Positions 1 to 9,650 of a stretch of DNA of 64,000 nucleotides are shown here, piece after piece (the stretch's first letter is position 1; each line of letters begins with the position of its first letter). The notes beneath the pieces are model-generated. The model saw only the letters and a program-made list of their open reading frames with translations, ran no database searches and had not been told where the DNA came from. Made by a program: the position numbers and the translations under genes. This DNA comes from an uncultured delta proteobacterium (GTDB taxonomy: Bacteria > Desulfobacterota > Binatia > UBA9968): positions 1-64,000 of the forward strand of contig CAVYTU010000001.1 in the NCBI GenBank assembly GCA_963771465.1. Direction: 5' to 3'.

Positions 1-1558
1 CCGGGGCCACCGGGATGTCGAGATCGCGCTTCATGGCGTAGGCCAGCGACTGGTGATGCAGCGCGATGTAGATGGTCTCGTCGCTCAGCGTCTTCCAGAT
101 CTCGGCGATCGTCGCGTTGCGCTTGGCCGCGTTCGACCTCGCTGGTCAGGCTCTGGATCTTCTTGTCGACGTCGGGATTGGAGTAGCCCGTGGCGTTCCA
201 GGCGCCGTCCTTGCCCGAGCGGGTGTGGTAGAGGAACGAGAAGATGTAGTGGGAGTCGTAGGTCGGCACGCCCCAGCCCAGCAGATAGAACTCGGTCTCC
301 GGCGGCTGCTTCTGGATCAGCGTGAAGTGCGGCCCCTTCGGCTGCGCCACCAGGTTCACCTTGATGCCGATCTTGGCCAGCATCGCGGTGGCCGCCTGGC
401 AGATACCCTCGTCGTTGATGTAGCGGTCGTTGGGGCAGTTGAGCGTCACCTGGAAGCCGTCCGGATAGCCGGCGTCCTTGAGCAGCGCCTTGGCCTTGTC
501 GAGGTCGACCTTGGGCAGGGCATCGAGCTCCTTGGTGTAGCCATTGACGAACGGCGGGGCGATCACGCCGGCCGGCACCGACTGGCCGCGCATCACCGCG
601 CGCTTGATGGCCTCGCGGTCGATCGCCATGTTGACCGCCTGGCGCACCCGTTTGTCGGCGAACGGGTTCTTGCCCTTGACGTTGGAGGTCTTGAGCTCCG
701 GCGAGGCAACGTCCATGCCGAGGAAGATGGTGCGGTTCTCGGGGCCCGAGATTGACCTTGAGGCTGGCGTTCTTCTCGAGCCGGTCGATGTCCTGCACCG
801 GCACGTCCTGGACGAAATCGATCTCGCCGGAGAGCAGAGCTGCGACGCGCGTGGCGTCGGACTTGATCGTCAGGTAGGTGATCTCGGTGATGCCGAGCGG
901 AAACTCGGCCTTGCCCCAGTAGGCGTCGTTGCGCTTGAGCACCGTCTTCACGTCTTGCTCGCGCGAGACCAGCACGTAGGCGCCGGTGCCGTTGGCGTTG
1001 CGGACGGCGAAGTTGTCTTCCTTGTCCTTGTAGTCCTGGACCGTGATGGTGTTGTTGGCCTCGGCCCACTCCTTGTCCATCATGTAGAGGTTGGTCAGGT
1101 AGTTGGGCACCAGCGGATTGGGCCCCTTGGTCTTGATCAGCACCGTGCTGTCGTCGACCTTGCTGACCTTGTCGATGGAGGTGAGAAGGCCCTTCATGTC
1201 GGAGGTCGGCTGCAGGGCGCGCTCTAGCGAGAACACCACGTCGTCGGCGTTGAAGGCGTTGCCGTCGTGGAACTTGACGCCCTCGCGCAGCTTGAACTCC
1301 CAGATCGTCGGATCGTCCTCCCGGATCTGCCAGGAGGGGCGAGCGTCGGCAGCAGCTTGCCGGTGCGGTCGCGCACGATCAGCGGCTCGTAGATCTGGTG
1401 CAGCAGGTTGTGGGTCGGGCTCTCGTTCTGCGCATGCGGGTCGAGCGTCAGGGCATCGCCCGAGCGGGCCCACTTGATGGCACGAGCATCGGCAGCGCCG
1501 GCGACCATCACGAGCGCCGTGCACAGCGTCGCGGTCTTAAGGTCGTTCGCCAGGACAT
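1..1558 (-). CDS. ABC transporter substrate-binding protein, family 5 (DppA/OppA-like); runs off the left edge and contains apparent frameshifts
   Basis: Pieces in different frames assemble into one family-5 SBP: ...AIKWARSGDALTLDPHAQNE..., WEFKLREGVKFHDG, GTGAY, KSDATRVAALLSGEID, NPFADKRVRQA. GGAGG RBS upstream of ATG at 1558. Frameshifts near 1540, 1340 and 745. Paralog of 3639-5225. Confidence 0.85.
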
Positions 1559-1592
1559 GGGACCCTCCACCATTGCAATACCTGAGCGGATA

Positions 1593-2582
1593 CTAGCGCA
1601 GCTTCGGGTTGAGCGCATCGCGCAGCCAGTCGCCCAGCAAATTCACTGCCAGCGCCAGGATGGCCAGGGTCAGGCCCGGAAAGGCCACCATCCACCAGGA
1701 GCCCGAGAACAGATACTTGTTGCCGATCTGGATCATGGTGCCGAGCGAGGGCTCCGTCGGCGGCAGGCCGACGCCTAGAAACGACAGCGTCGCCTCGGTG
1801 ATGACGGCCAGCGCCAGATTGATGGTGGCGATCACCAGCACCGGCCCCAGCACATTGGGCAGGATGTGCTGGAACATGATCTTGAGGGGTCGCAGGCCGA
1901 TCAGGCGGGCCGCCTCGACGTACTCCTTGTTGCGCTCCACCAGCGTCACGCTGCGCACCGTGCGCGCATACTGCACCCAGAACGACAAGCCGATGGCCAG
2001 CACCAGGATCCAGAACTTGTTGCCCTCGATGCGGTAGTTCCGGAAGATCGCCAGCACCACGCCGTCGATCAGCAGCGCGGTGAGGATGGCGGGAAAAGTC
2101 AGTTGCACGTCGGCGATGCGCATGATCACCGTGTCGATGCGGCCGCCGACATAGCCGGCCCACAGGCCGAGCGACAGGCCGATGCCGACGGCCAGCAGCA
2201 CCGAGCAGATGCCGATCAGCATGGACGAGCGGGTGCCGTAGAGAATGGTGGAGAGGATGTCGCGGCCCTGGTCGTCCGTGCCCAGGGGGAAGCTTCGGTC
2301 GCCGCCCTTCTCCCAGGCCGGGGGCGTATTGGCATCGAGCAGGCTCAGCGACTTAAGGTCGTAGGGGTCGTGCGGCGCGATGAGGGGCGCCAGGAACGCC
2401 GCGCTTACCATCGCCACCGTCAGCAGGGCGGCCAGCACGACTAGCTTGGAGCGCAGGAAGCTGTGCAGCAGGTCGCTATCGAAGAAGGCGGCCATCCGCC
2501 CTCGCCCCGGAGGCCGAGCGCCTTGCGCTTGCGCGGGCGGCGCCGCCTTCAGATCGTGGGAGAGCGGTGCAAGCTCGTTCAT
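1593..2582 (-). CDS. Peptide/nickel ABC transporter permease (DppC-like)
   Basis: PLGTDDQGRDILSTILYG, EYVEAARLIG EAA loop, HILPN, LSFLGVG, C-terminal GDWLRDALNPK. Start MNELAP at 2582. Confidence 0.9.
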   Translation of the reverse strand: MNELAPLSHDLKAAPPAQAQGARPPGRGRMAAFFDSDLLHSFLRSKLVVLAALLTVAMVSAAFLAPLIAPHDPYDLKSLSLLDANTPPAWEKGGDRSFPLGTDDQGRDILSTILYGTRSSMLIGICSVLLAVGIGLSLGLWAGYVGGRIDTVIMRIADVQLTFPAILTALLIDGVVLAIFRNYRIEGNKFWILVLAIGLSFWVQYARTVRSVTLVERNKEYVEAARLIGLRPLKIMFQHILPNVLGPVLVIATINLALAVITEATLSFLGVGLPPTEPSLGTMIQIGNKYLFSGSWWMVAFPGLTLAILALAVNLLGDWLRDALNPKLR

Positions 2583-2587
2583 TGGCC

Positions 2588-3566
2588 TCACACGCCCCGG
2601 CCGTAGATGCGGATGCGCGGGTCGACGCGCACATAGATCAGGTCGACGATGAAGTTGATGAGCACGAACAGGAAGGCCACCAGCATGAGATAGGCGGCCA
2701 TCACGGGAATGTCGGCATTCTGCACCGCCTGGATGAACATCAGCCCCATGCCCGGCCACTGGAACACGGTCTCGGTGATGATGGCGAAGGCGATGATGGC
2801 GCCGAGCTGCAGGCCGATCACGGTGATCACCGGGACCAGCGTGTTTCTCAGCGCGTGCCCGAAGTTGACGGCGCGCTGGGTGAGCCCGCGCGCGCGGGCG
2901 AACTTGATGTAGTCGGTGCGCAGCACCTCCAGCATCTCCGAGCGTACCAGCCGCGTCACCAGCGTCATCTGGAAGAGGCCCAGCGTCACCGCCGGCAGGA
3001 TCAGCGCCTTGAGGCCGGAGGTCGTCAGCAGGCCCGTGCGCCAGAAGCCGATGCGCACCACCTCGCCACGGCCGAAGGACGGCAGCACGCCCAGCATGAC
3101 GGCGAAGACGTAGATCAGCAGGATGCCGATCAGGAAGGTCGGCAGCGAGATGCCGATCAGCGAAACGGTGAGGAAGATCTTGGACAGCCAGCTGTCGCGG
3201 TGGATGCCGGTGTAGACGCCCATCGGGATGCCGAGCGCGACGGCGAACAAGGCGGCCACGAAGGCGAGCTCGAGGGTGGCCGGCGCGCGCTCGGAGATGA
3301 TGGTCGTGACCGGCTGCTTCATCTGATAGGAGATGCCGAACTCGAAGCGCGCCGCGTTGGCCACGAAACGGGCGAATTGGATGGGGACCGGGTCGTCGAG
3401 GCCCAGCTCCTGGCGCAGCCGCTGACGATCCTCCAGCGAGGTGTCCTGCCCCACCATCTGGTTGACGGGGTCGCCGACGAAGCGGAACAGCGACGAAGGC
3501 CAGAAGCGCCACCGTCACCATGACGAAGGCCGCCTCGAGCAGCCGGCGGATGGCGAATGCGAGCAT
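2588..3566 (-). CDS. Peptide/nickel ABC transporter permease (DppB-like); one apparent frameshift near 3490
   Basis: N-terminus MLAFAIRRLLEAAFVM in one frame; GDPVNQMVG...LGLDDP...DYIKFARARGL...ETVFQWPGMG...DLIYVRVDPRIR in another. Confidence 0.88.
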
Positions 3567-3638
3567 GTGCTACGCGAATGCTGCGTTGAGCGAAGCCGGC
3601 GCCGGGGATATTTGACGCTCCGGCGCCGGCTCCGGTTT

Positions 3639-5225
3639 CTATTGCATCTTCGTCCAGTAGAAGAGGATCTGGTTGTCGGCGCGCAGCACCATCTGCTCCA
3701 CCTTCTTCGACACGCCCCAGATCAGCGACTGCTGATGCAGCGGGATGAGCCCGACCTCCTCGTGGTTGATTCGGAAGGCCTCGGCGATCAGCTCGTCGCG
3801 CTTCTTGGTGTCGGATTCGACGAGGATCAGCTTGTTGAGCTCTGTTATCCTTGGATTGCACCAACCGCCCAGATTGAAAGCGGCGCCTTTGCCGTCGGCG
3901 TCGCGGCAGCCGATGATGTTCTCGAGAATGTTCCAGCTGTCGAGCGAACCCGGCGTCCAGCCCAGCAGACTGAAGGAGCTGTCGTACTTGCTGGTTGCCA
4001 AAACCTTCTGAAAATACTTTGCCTTCGGCTGGGCGTTGAGCTTCACCTTGATGTCGATGCGCGACAGCATCTGCGCCACGGCCTGGCAAATGCCCTCGTC
4101 GTTGACGTAGCGGTCGTTGGGGCAGTCCATCACCACCTCGAAGCCGTCGGGGTAGCCGGCTTCCGTCAGCAGCTTCTTTGCCGCGGCCACATCGTAGGGG
4201 TGGCGCTTGAACTCGGCCGCGCGGGCATAGAGCAGCGGCGAGATCATGAGCGCCGAGTTGACCGACATGCCGCGCATGACCTTGGTGTGGATCGCCTCCA
4301 TGTCGATCGCCTGGTAGAAGGCTTTGCGCACGCGCGCATCCTTGAACGGGTTCTTGCCCTTGACGCTGGAGTAGAGCAGCTCCTCGCGCATAGAATCCAT
4401 GTTCAGGAAGATGGTCCTGATCTCGGGGCCGATCATCGCCGTCGCATTGGCGCTACTCTTGAGCCGGTCGATGTCCTGCACCGGCACCGGGTCCATCATG
4501 TCGATGTCGCCGGACAGCAGTGCCGCGACCCGCGTGGCGTCCGACTTGATGGTTTGGAAGGTGACCTCGGTCAGGTTGTGCTCGGGCTTGCCCCACCAGC
4601 TCGGGTTGGGCTTGTACACCGTCTTCACGCCGGGCTCATGGCTGACGATGACGAACGGCCCGGTGCCGTTCGACTTGAGCGCGAACGGGTTGAGGGAGGT
4701 CGCCGAGGACATCTGCGCCTGCACGGCGCCGTTGGCCTCCGCCCACTTCTTGGACATCATGTACCAGGTGTCCCATTCCGCATGCAGGATGGGATTGGGC
4801 GAGGTCAGGATGAAGTCGACCGTGTGGTCGTCGACCTTCACGGCTTTCATGGTCGCGGGTGCACGCGACTTCATTTGTGACCCGAGGGAGTGCATGCGCT
4901 CGGTCGAGAAGACGACATCGTCGGCGGTGAAGTCCTCGCCGCCGTGGAACTTCACGCCCTTGCGCAGGTGGAAGCGCCACTTGAGCGGGTCGACGATCTC
5001 CCAGCGCTCGGCCAGGCCCGGGATGATCTTGAGGTCCTTGTCGCGCTTGGTCAGCCCCTCGTAGACGTTCCCGAGCGCGCCGAGCGTGAAGCTCTCGTTC
5101 AGGGTGTAGGGATCGAGCGCATTGAGGTCGCCTTGGAAGGCGTATCGGAAGGTCTTGGCTGCGGCTGGAGTGGCGGCAACGGCGAGCGCGAGCGCGCCCG
5201 CCACGGCCAGGGTCTTGAGCTTCAT
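3639..5225 (-). CDS. ABC transporter substrate-binding protein, family 5
   Basis: Signal peptide (MKLKTLAVAGALALAVAATPAAA), LDPY, YEGL, WRFHLRKGVKFH, GTGPF, NPFKDARVRKA, LLTEAGYPDGF. Confidence 0.92.
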   Translation of the reverse strand: MKLKTLAVAGALALAVAATPAAAKTFRYAFQGDLNALDPYTLNESFTLGALGNVYEGLTKRDKDLKIIPGLAERWEIVDPLKWRFHLRKGVKFHGGEDFTADDVVFSTERMHSLGSQMKSRAPATMKAVKVDDHTVDFILTSPNPILHAEWDTWYMMSKKWAEANGAVQAQMSSATSLNPFALKSNGTGPFVIVSHEPGVKTVYKPNPSWWGKPEHNLTEVTFQTIKSDATRVAALLSGDIDMMDPVPVQDIDRLKSSANATAMIGPEIRTIFLNMDSMREELLYSSVKGKNPFKDARVRKAFYQAIDMEAIHTKVMRGMSVNSALMISPLLYARAAEFKRHPYDVAAAKKLLTEAGYPDGFEVVMDCPNDRYVNDEGICQAVAQMLSRIDIKVKLNAQPKAKYFQKVLATSKYDSSFSLLGWTPGSLDSWNILENIIGCRDADGKGAAFNLGGWCNPRITELNKLILVESDTKKRDELIAEAFRINHEEVGLIPLHQQSLIWGVSKKVEQMVLRADNQILFYWTKMQ

Positions 5226-5406
5226 GGCATCCCCTTGCGATACACGCGCCTTGGCGCTGGAAACGGTGGGGGGATATTGGCTGAAGTCTCAGGCGCGGTC
5301 CAGCGCTGCGACGCCGGGCGCACTCTTGACCAGGGCCGCCTCGGCGCCCTACGCAAGCTCACGAGAGGGGCGCGGCAACGGCAGCGCACCATGAGGACGT
5401 AAAGGC

Positions 5407-6231
5407 ATGCAGAGCGACACAAAGGATAGCGCGGCCAACCTGACCCGGGGCTGGGAGGTGGTGATCGGCCTGGAGGTGCACGCGCAAGTCGCGTCCCATG
5501 CAAAGCTGTTTTCGGGCGCGTCCACCGAGTTCGGCGGCGCGCCCAATAGCCATGTCTCCCTCGTCGATGCGGCCATGCCCGGCATGCTGCCGGTGATCAA
5601 CGAGGCGTGCGTCGCCCAGGCCGTGCGCACCGGCTTGGGGCTGAACGCAAAGGTCAACCTGGCCTCCGTGTTCGACCGCAAGAACTACTTCTATCCCGAC
5701 CTGCCACAGGGCTATCAGATCTCGCAATACAAGCAGCCGATCGTCGGCGAGGGCGAGGTGGAGGTCGATGTCGACGGCGAGACACTGAAGGTGGGGATCG
5801 AGCGGCTGCACCTGGAGCAGGACGCGGGCAAGTCGATCCACGACCAGCATCCCGAGTCCTCCTACATCGATCTCAACCGCTCCGGCGTGGCGCTGATGGA
5901 GATCGTCTCCAGGCCCGACCTGCGCTCCGCCAAGCAGGCGCAGGCCTACGTCTCCAAGCTCCGGACCATCCTGCGCTACCTCGGCACCTGCGACGGCGAC
6001 ATGGAGAAGGGCAACCTGCGCGCCGACGTCAACGTCTCCGTGCGACGCCCCGGCGCGGACCTCGGCACCCGCTGCGAGATCAAGAACGTCAACTCGATCC
6101 GCTTCATCGGCCAGGCCATCGACGCGGAGGCGCGCCGCCAGATCGACATCATCGAGGACGGCGGCACCATACAGCAGGAGACGCGCCTCTTCGATCCGGC
6201 GAAGGGCGTCACGCGCTCCATGCGAGCATGA
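5407..6231 (+). pseudogene. gatB: Aspartyl/glutamyl-tRNA amidotransferase subunit B, truncated at ~273 aa by the junction
   Basis: [76 protein letters not shown]...TRSMR. The expected SKE...DYRYFP and C-terminal half are missing. Confidence 0.93.
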
Positions 6232-6234
6232 TCT

Positions 6235-6531
6235 ATCTTCACGACGCTTGCCGGCGGCTTTGTCCATCGGAAAAATGCCGGTCAGGTTTTCGATCGAATC
6301 ATTGAGCACGCTAATGAGAACCGGCAAGAACAGGACCAGGTTAAGCGACTGACGTTCCACAAATTGCGACATACGTTTGCGTCGCTTCTGTTGTCCAAGG
6401 GCAAAGACATTACCGAGGTAAGCCGGCTTCTGGGACATGGGGATTGCGCGATCACGCTCAAGGTCTACAGTCACTTCGTGCCGCGTAAAACGACCACGAT
6501 GCAAGATTTGGCATCGAGTATTTTGTCATGA
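6235..6531 (+). pseudogene. Tyrosine recombinase/integrase, C-terminal catalytic fragment (no 5' part)
   Basis: Own translation, not in the ORF track: IFTTLAGGFVHRKNAGQVFDRIIEHANENRQEQDQVKRLTFHKLRHTFASLLLSKGKDITEVSRLLGHGDCAITLKVYSHFVPRKTTTMQDLASSILS*. Contains HxLRH, LGH and the catalytic Tyr. Confidence 0.9.
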
Positions 6532-6725
6532 CGCCACAAAACATCGACAAGCTCGACGATCAGCTGTCAACTGACAAGGCGGCGAACGGATGATTCGAGG
6601 CGTTATAATCAGGCGTCTTAGCGTTCGGAATGGTGTATCTTGCGAGTGCCTGGTTTTTTTTCGGTGCGGTTCACCCATGCGGGATTTATAAAACACTTGT
6701 GCGCCGGGAATTGGATAAGGAGTTT

Positions 6726-6899
6726 ATGTACAACCGGGAGATAAAAAAGAATCGGCGGGATTATCTTAACTGGGTTAGTGAAGCCCGCAAAGCCAAGGAC
6801 GAAAGACTTGAAAGGCACACAAAAGAGGCTGACAAATGGTCCCCACTTGAATGTGTCGAAGGGAGTTTTAAGCAAAAATTTATGCCGAAAGGACTCTAG
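6726..6899 (+). CDS. Small hypothetical protein (57 aa) at the end of the integrative element
   Basis: AAGGAG RBS shortly before ATG 6726; charged helical-looking sequence; no family recognised. Confidence 0.3.
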   Translation: MYNREIKKNRRDYLNWVSEARKAKDERLERHTKEADKWSPLECVEGSFKQKFMPKGL

Positions 6900-6956
6900 A
6901 TGAAATGGACAAAAGGAAGATGAAACCCTGATTGCAGCGTCTAAGTTTCGATTCAC

Positions 6957-6975
6957 GTGTCCACGATGTGTCCAT
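6957..6975. repeat. Direct repeat GTGTCCA-N4-GTGTCCA, candidate integrase arm-type binding sites
   Basis: GTGTCCAC GAT GTGTCCAT, 11-bp period, ~105 bp from the att core. Confidence 0.45.
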
Positions 6976-7080
6976 CGCGCTAGTTAATTTGAGTTTGTGT
7001 CAGGTGAGTGAATGGCGAAAAACGTGGTAAAATCAAGGTCGCATTGTCTCACAAAACTTGATAATACCGGCTGCAACCTT

Positions 7081-7125
7081 CTTCGAATCTGAGGGTTGGC
7101 GGTTCAAATCCGTCCGGGCGCGCCA
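7081..7125 (+). mobile_element. att site: 3' half of tRNA-Arg(TCG) marking the end of an integrative element
   Basis: CTTCGAA-TCTGA-GGGTT-GGCGG-TTCAAAT-CCGTC-CGGGCGC-GCCA reads as anticodon loop, T-arm, acceptor 3' strand and CCA. No matching 5' half upstream. Integrase ends 550 bp upstream. Confidence 0.8.
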
Positions 7126-7188
7126 TTAAGCTGATATGAAAAATCTATGATCTGCGGCAGATTGGCTGTGGTGAATTGGGGTTAGTGC

Positions 7189-7461
7189 ATGGCGGAAGCA
7201 AGCTACAAAGGCAAGCTCGTCGAGGTCGAAATTCACACCGACACTTATAAGATTCGCGGCACGCTGTTTATTCCGCTGGTGGGCAAGGGGGGATATGGCG
7301 CGCGCTTGTCGGATTTTCTCAACAATCCCGAAAAGCATTTTCTGGCCTTGACCAATGCAAAAGTGACCGCACTTCCTGACCCTGAGGAAGAGTGGGAAGC
7401 GCCCTTCGTCGCGGTCAACAAGAATGCGGTCACTATGGTCCGGGCGATCAAAGGAGAATAA
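7189..7461 (+). CDS. Conserved small beta-rich hypothetical protein (DUF6812-like)
   Basis: VEIHTDTYKIRGTLF...RLSDFLN...FLALTNAKV...FVAVNKNAV pattern. Confidence 0.65.
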   Translation: MAEASYKGKLVEVEIHTDTYKIRGTLFIPLVGKGGYGARLSDFLNNPEKHFLALTNAKVTALPDPEEEWEAPFVAVNKNAVTMVRAIKGE

Positions 7462-7468
7462 GCGGCGA

Positions 7469-7894
7469 ATGGATAGCGCGCCGCGCAAGCGCATCAACGT
7501 TGTCGCCGGTCTGATATTTCGCGATGGCCGCTTGCTGGCTTGTCAGCGCCATGAGAAATCAGCCTTTCCGCTCAAATGGGAGTTTCCCGGCGGCAAAGTT
7601 GAGAGCGGCGAATCGGACACTGACGCGTTGCGCCGCGAGCTCAAAGAAGAGCTGGGTATTTCTGTCGGTGCGATGACATTCTTCCATGAGCACGAACATG
7701 CCTATCCGGACGGACCGGATGTGTCACTGCGTTTCTTTAAGATCTTGTCATTCGATCAAGAAGTGACCAATCTGGTTTTTCAGCGCATCGAGTGGCTTGA
7801 TTTGTCCGAGCTTCCAAGCCGTGACTTTTTGGCAGGCGATGTCCCTTTAATCCAAATACTCGCTCAGAGCGGCGATAGGCCGACGCCTGGCTAG
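7469..7894 (+). CDS. NUDIX (d)NTP pyrophosphohydrolase, MutT/NudG-like
   Basis: Nudix box WEFPGGKVESGESDTDALRRELKEELGI; HAYPD; FLAGD. Confidence 0.9.
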   Translation: MDSAPRKRINVVAGLIFRDGRLLACQRHEKSAFPLKWEFPGGKVESGESDTDALRRELKEELGISVGAMTFFHEHEHAYPDGPDVSLRFFKILSFDQEVTNLVFQRIEWLDLSELPSRDFLAGDVPLIQILAQSGDRPTPG

Positions 7895-7945
7895 GCGATT
7901 TGTTGCGCCCTGCACGAATTGTCGCAAGGCGTACCAAAAGAAAGT

Positions 7946-7974
7946 TTGACATGAACAGGGGGTGCCGTTATCCT
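7946..7974 (+). promoter_or_regulatory. sigma70-type promoter for the transglycosylase-pgsA unit
   Basis: TTGACA-17 nt-TATCCT. Confidence 0.55.
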
Positions 7975-7998
7975 ATCGCTGGTTTTCACCGAAATCTC

Positions 7999-8613
7999 AT
8001 GATCAACCCGAAGAAATTTCTGGCAACCGCCATCGGTTTGGTGGCGATGTTCGCTGCCGCCGAGTCTTTTGCCGATGTCTATGCCTACAAGGATAAGCAA
8101 GGCGTTTTGACTTTCACCAACGTGCCGAATCATTCGGGCTATCGCCGGGTGCTAAAAGAAAGCGGCGGACCGGTGGGCAATGGTTCGATAACCACTGCAT
8201 CTTACGAGGAGCTAATTCGGTTGGTCTCCGACCGCCATAGCGTTGATGCCGATCTCATACGCGCGGTGATCAAGGCGGAATCCGACTTCAATTCCAACGC
8301 CCGCTCAAATAAAGGAGCCATGGGGCTCATGCAGTTGATGCCCGATACCGCTCGGCTGCATAACGTCAACGACGCTTACGATCCCAACGAAAACGTCGAC
8401 GGCGGCGTGCGCCATTTAAAAATGCTCCTCGAACGCTACCAAGGGGATTTCACGCTATCATTGGCCGCCTACAATGCCGGCAGCGGTGCGGTGGAAAAGC
8501 ACGGCGGCATACCGCCTTTCGCCGAAACCCGAGAGTACGTTCGACGCGTGCTTCGTTTTTATGATTCCTATCGCGGCGGCCCACAGCAGTCTCTGCATCA
8601 GTTTCGCCCATAA
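7999..8613 (+). CDS. Lytic transglycosylase (SLT domain) with N-terminal DUF4124
   Basis: Signal peptide, DVYAYKDKQGVLTFTNVP, AVIKAESDF, GAMGLMQLMP, AAYNAG, ETREYV. Confidence 0.92.
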   Translation: MINPKKFLATAIGLVAMFAAAESFADVYAYKDKQGVLTFTNVPNHSGYRRVLKESGGPVGNGSITTASYEELIRLVSDRHSVDADLIRAVIKAESDFNSNARSNKGAMGLMQLMPDTARLHNVNDAYDPNENVDGGVRHLKMLLERYQGDFTLSLAAYNAGSGAVEKHGGIPPFAETREYVRRVLRFYDSYRGGPQQSLHQFRP

Positions 8614-8619
8614 GTAATC

Positions 8620-9216
8620 TTGATCGGACTCCTCTTCGAGCCTCATGTGTTTTGGACGCTGCCGAACCTGCTCAGTTTGTTTCGCATCCTGATTATTCCG
8701 GTACTGGTCTATTTACTGTCGTTTAGTGATCCGAAATCAGCGCTTTTGGCAGCCGGATTATTTCTCATCGCAGCAATCACCGATTATTTTGACGGCTATT
8801 TGGCGCGGCGCAACAAGAGCGTCTCGGATGTCGGCAAGATCCTCGATCCACTGGCGGACAAACTCATGGTTGCGTCGGCGCTGATCATGCTCGCGGCGAT
8901 GGATCGCCCGAATGAACCTAGCGTGCCGGCGTGGTTGGTGGTCATCATCTTGGCGCGCGAGAGCGCGGTGACCGTCATTCGGGGCATCGCGCTCGCCGAA
9001 GGGATCGTCATGCACGCAGAGAGTTTGGGTAAGTATAAATTTGTTCTCCAAGCCTATGCCGTCGTCGGTTTGCTGATCCATTATCGTTATTGGGGCTTGG
9101 ATTTTTATGCCGCTGGTTTATATTTCTTAATGCTCTCCGCGGTGATCGCGCTTTGGTCCGGCGTTAACTACCACGTGCAATTTTTTCGCCTGCGCGGCGC
9201 GCAAATAAGCCATTGA
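8620..9216 (+). CDS. pgsA: CDP-diacylglycerol--glycerol-3-phosphate 3-phosphatidyltransferase
   Basis: LPNLLSLFRI, DYFDGYLARR...GKILDPLADK CDP-alcohol phosphotransferase motif; followed by tRNA-Gly as in many Proteobacteria. Confidence 0.92.
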   Translation: MIGLLFEPHVFWTLPNLLSLFRILIIPVLVYLLSFSDPKSALLAAGLFLIAAITDYFDGYLARRNKSVSDVGKILDPLADKLMVASALIMLAAMDRPNEPSVPAWLVVIILARESAVTVIRGIALAEGIVMHAESLGKYKFVLQAYAVVGLLIHYRYWGLDFYAAGLYFLMLSAVIALWSGVNYHVQFFRLRGAQISH

Positions 9217-9229
9217 CCTGACGGCGAAA

Positions 9230-9258
9230 TTGACAACGGCGAACCGATCAGGTAGAAA
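9230..9258 (+). promoter_or_regulatory. sigma70-type promoter of tRNA-Gly
   Basis: TTGACA-17 nt-TAGAAA, 10 nt before the tRNA. Confidence 0.6.
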
Positions 9259-9268
9259 ACCAGTCGAT

Positions 9269-9345
9269 GCGGGTGTAGCTCAGTTGGCTAGAGCGTATGC
9301 TTGCCAAGCATAAGGTCGTCGGTTCGACCCCGATCACCCGCTCCA
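9269..9345 (+). tRNA. tRNA-Gly(GCC)
   Basis: GCGGGTG acceptor pairs with CACCCGC-TCCA; D-arm AGCTCAGTTGGCTAGAGC; anticodon arm TATGC-TTGCCAA-GCATA; T-loop GTTCGAC. Confidence 0.97.
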
Positions 9346-9468
9346 TTCTTCCTTCCTTCAAAGCAGAGTCATCGGTTATCAACTCTATTTAGATTGTCGA
9401 TTCGTCTCTTTCTCTGGATCGCGATAGACGTTTCGAAAATGTCAGTGCCATTATCCAAAGTAAATTAC

Positions 9469-9497
9469 TTGACATATAAAATATATCACTATAAATA
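9469..9497 (+). promoter_or_regulatory. AT-rich candidate sigma70 promoter for the UbiD-cupin-ABC operon
   Basis: TTGACA followed by TATAAATA within an unusually AT-rich intergenic patch. Confidence 0.45.
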
Positions 9498-9650
9498 AAT
9501 CTTAACCCAACCAAAAAATTGCCGTTCAACTAGCATTAGAGTGCTCCAGTGTTCTGCACACGGGTATTCAAATGGAAATCGAGAGTCCCCTGGACGAAAA
9601 ACTCGATGAGGTCTGCGAACCGCTTATTCATCAGAAAGGAACGAACTGAA

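Noticed and set aside
1593-3566. 657-aa ORF suggesting a fused permease
   Set aside because: Artefact of a frameshift in the DppB-like gene: its N-terminus runs out of frame into the DppC-like frame.
5359-6504. 381-aa minus-strand ORF spanning the gatB/integrase junction
   Set aside because: Antisense shadow of two real plus-strand genes; no recognisable motifs.
7050-7125. Complete tRNA-Arg gene
   Set aside because: No 5' acceptor strand, D-arm or 5' anticodon-stem strand pairs with the 3' half; reported as an att fragment.
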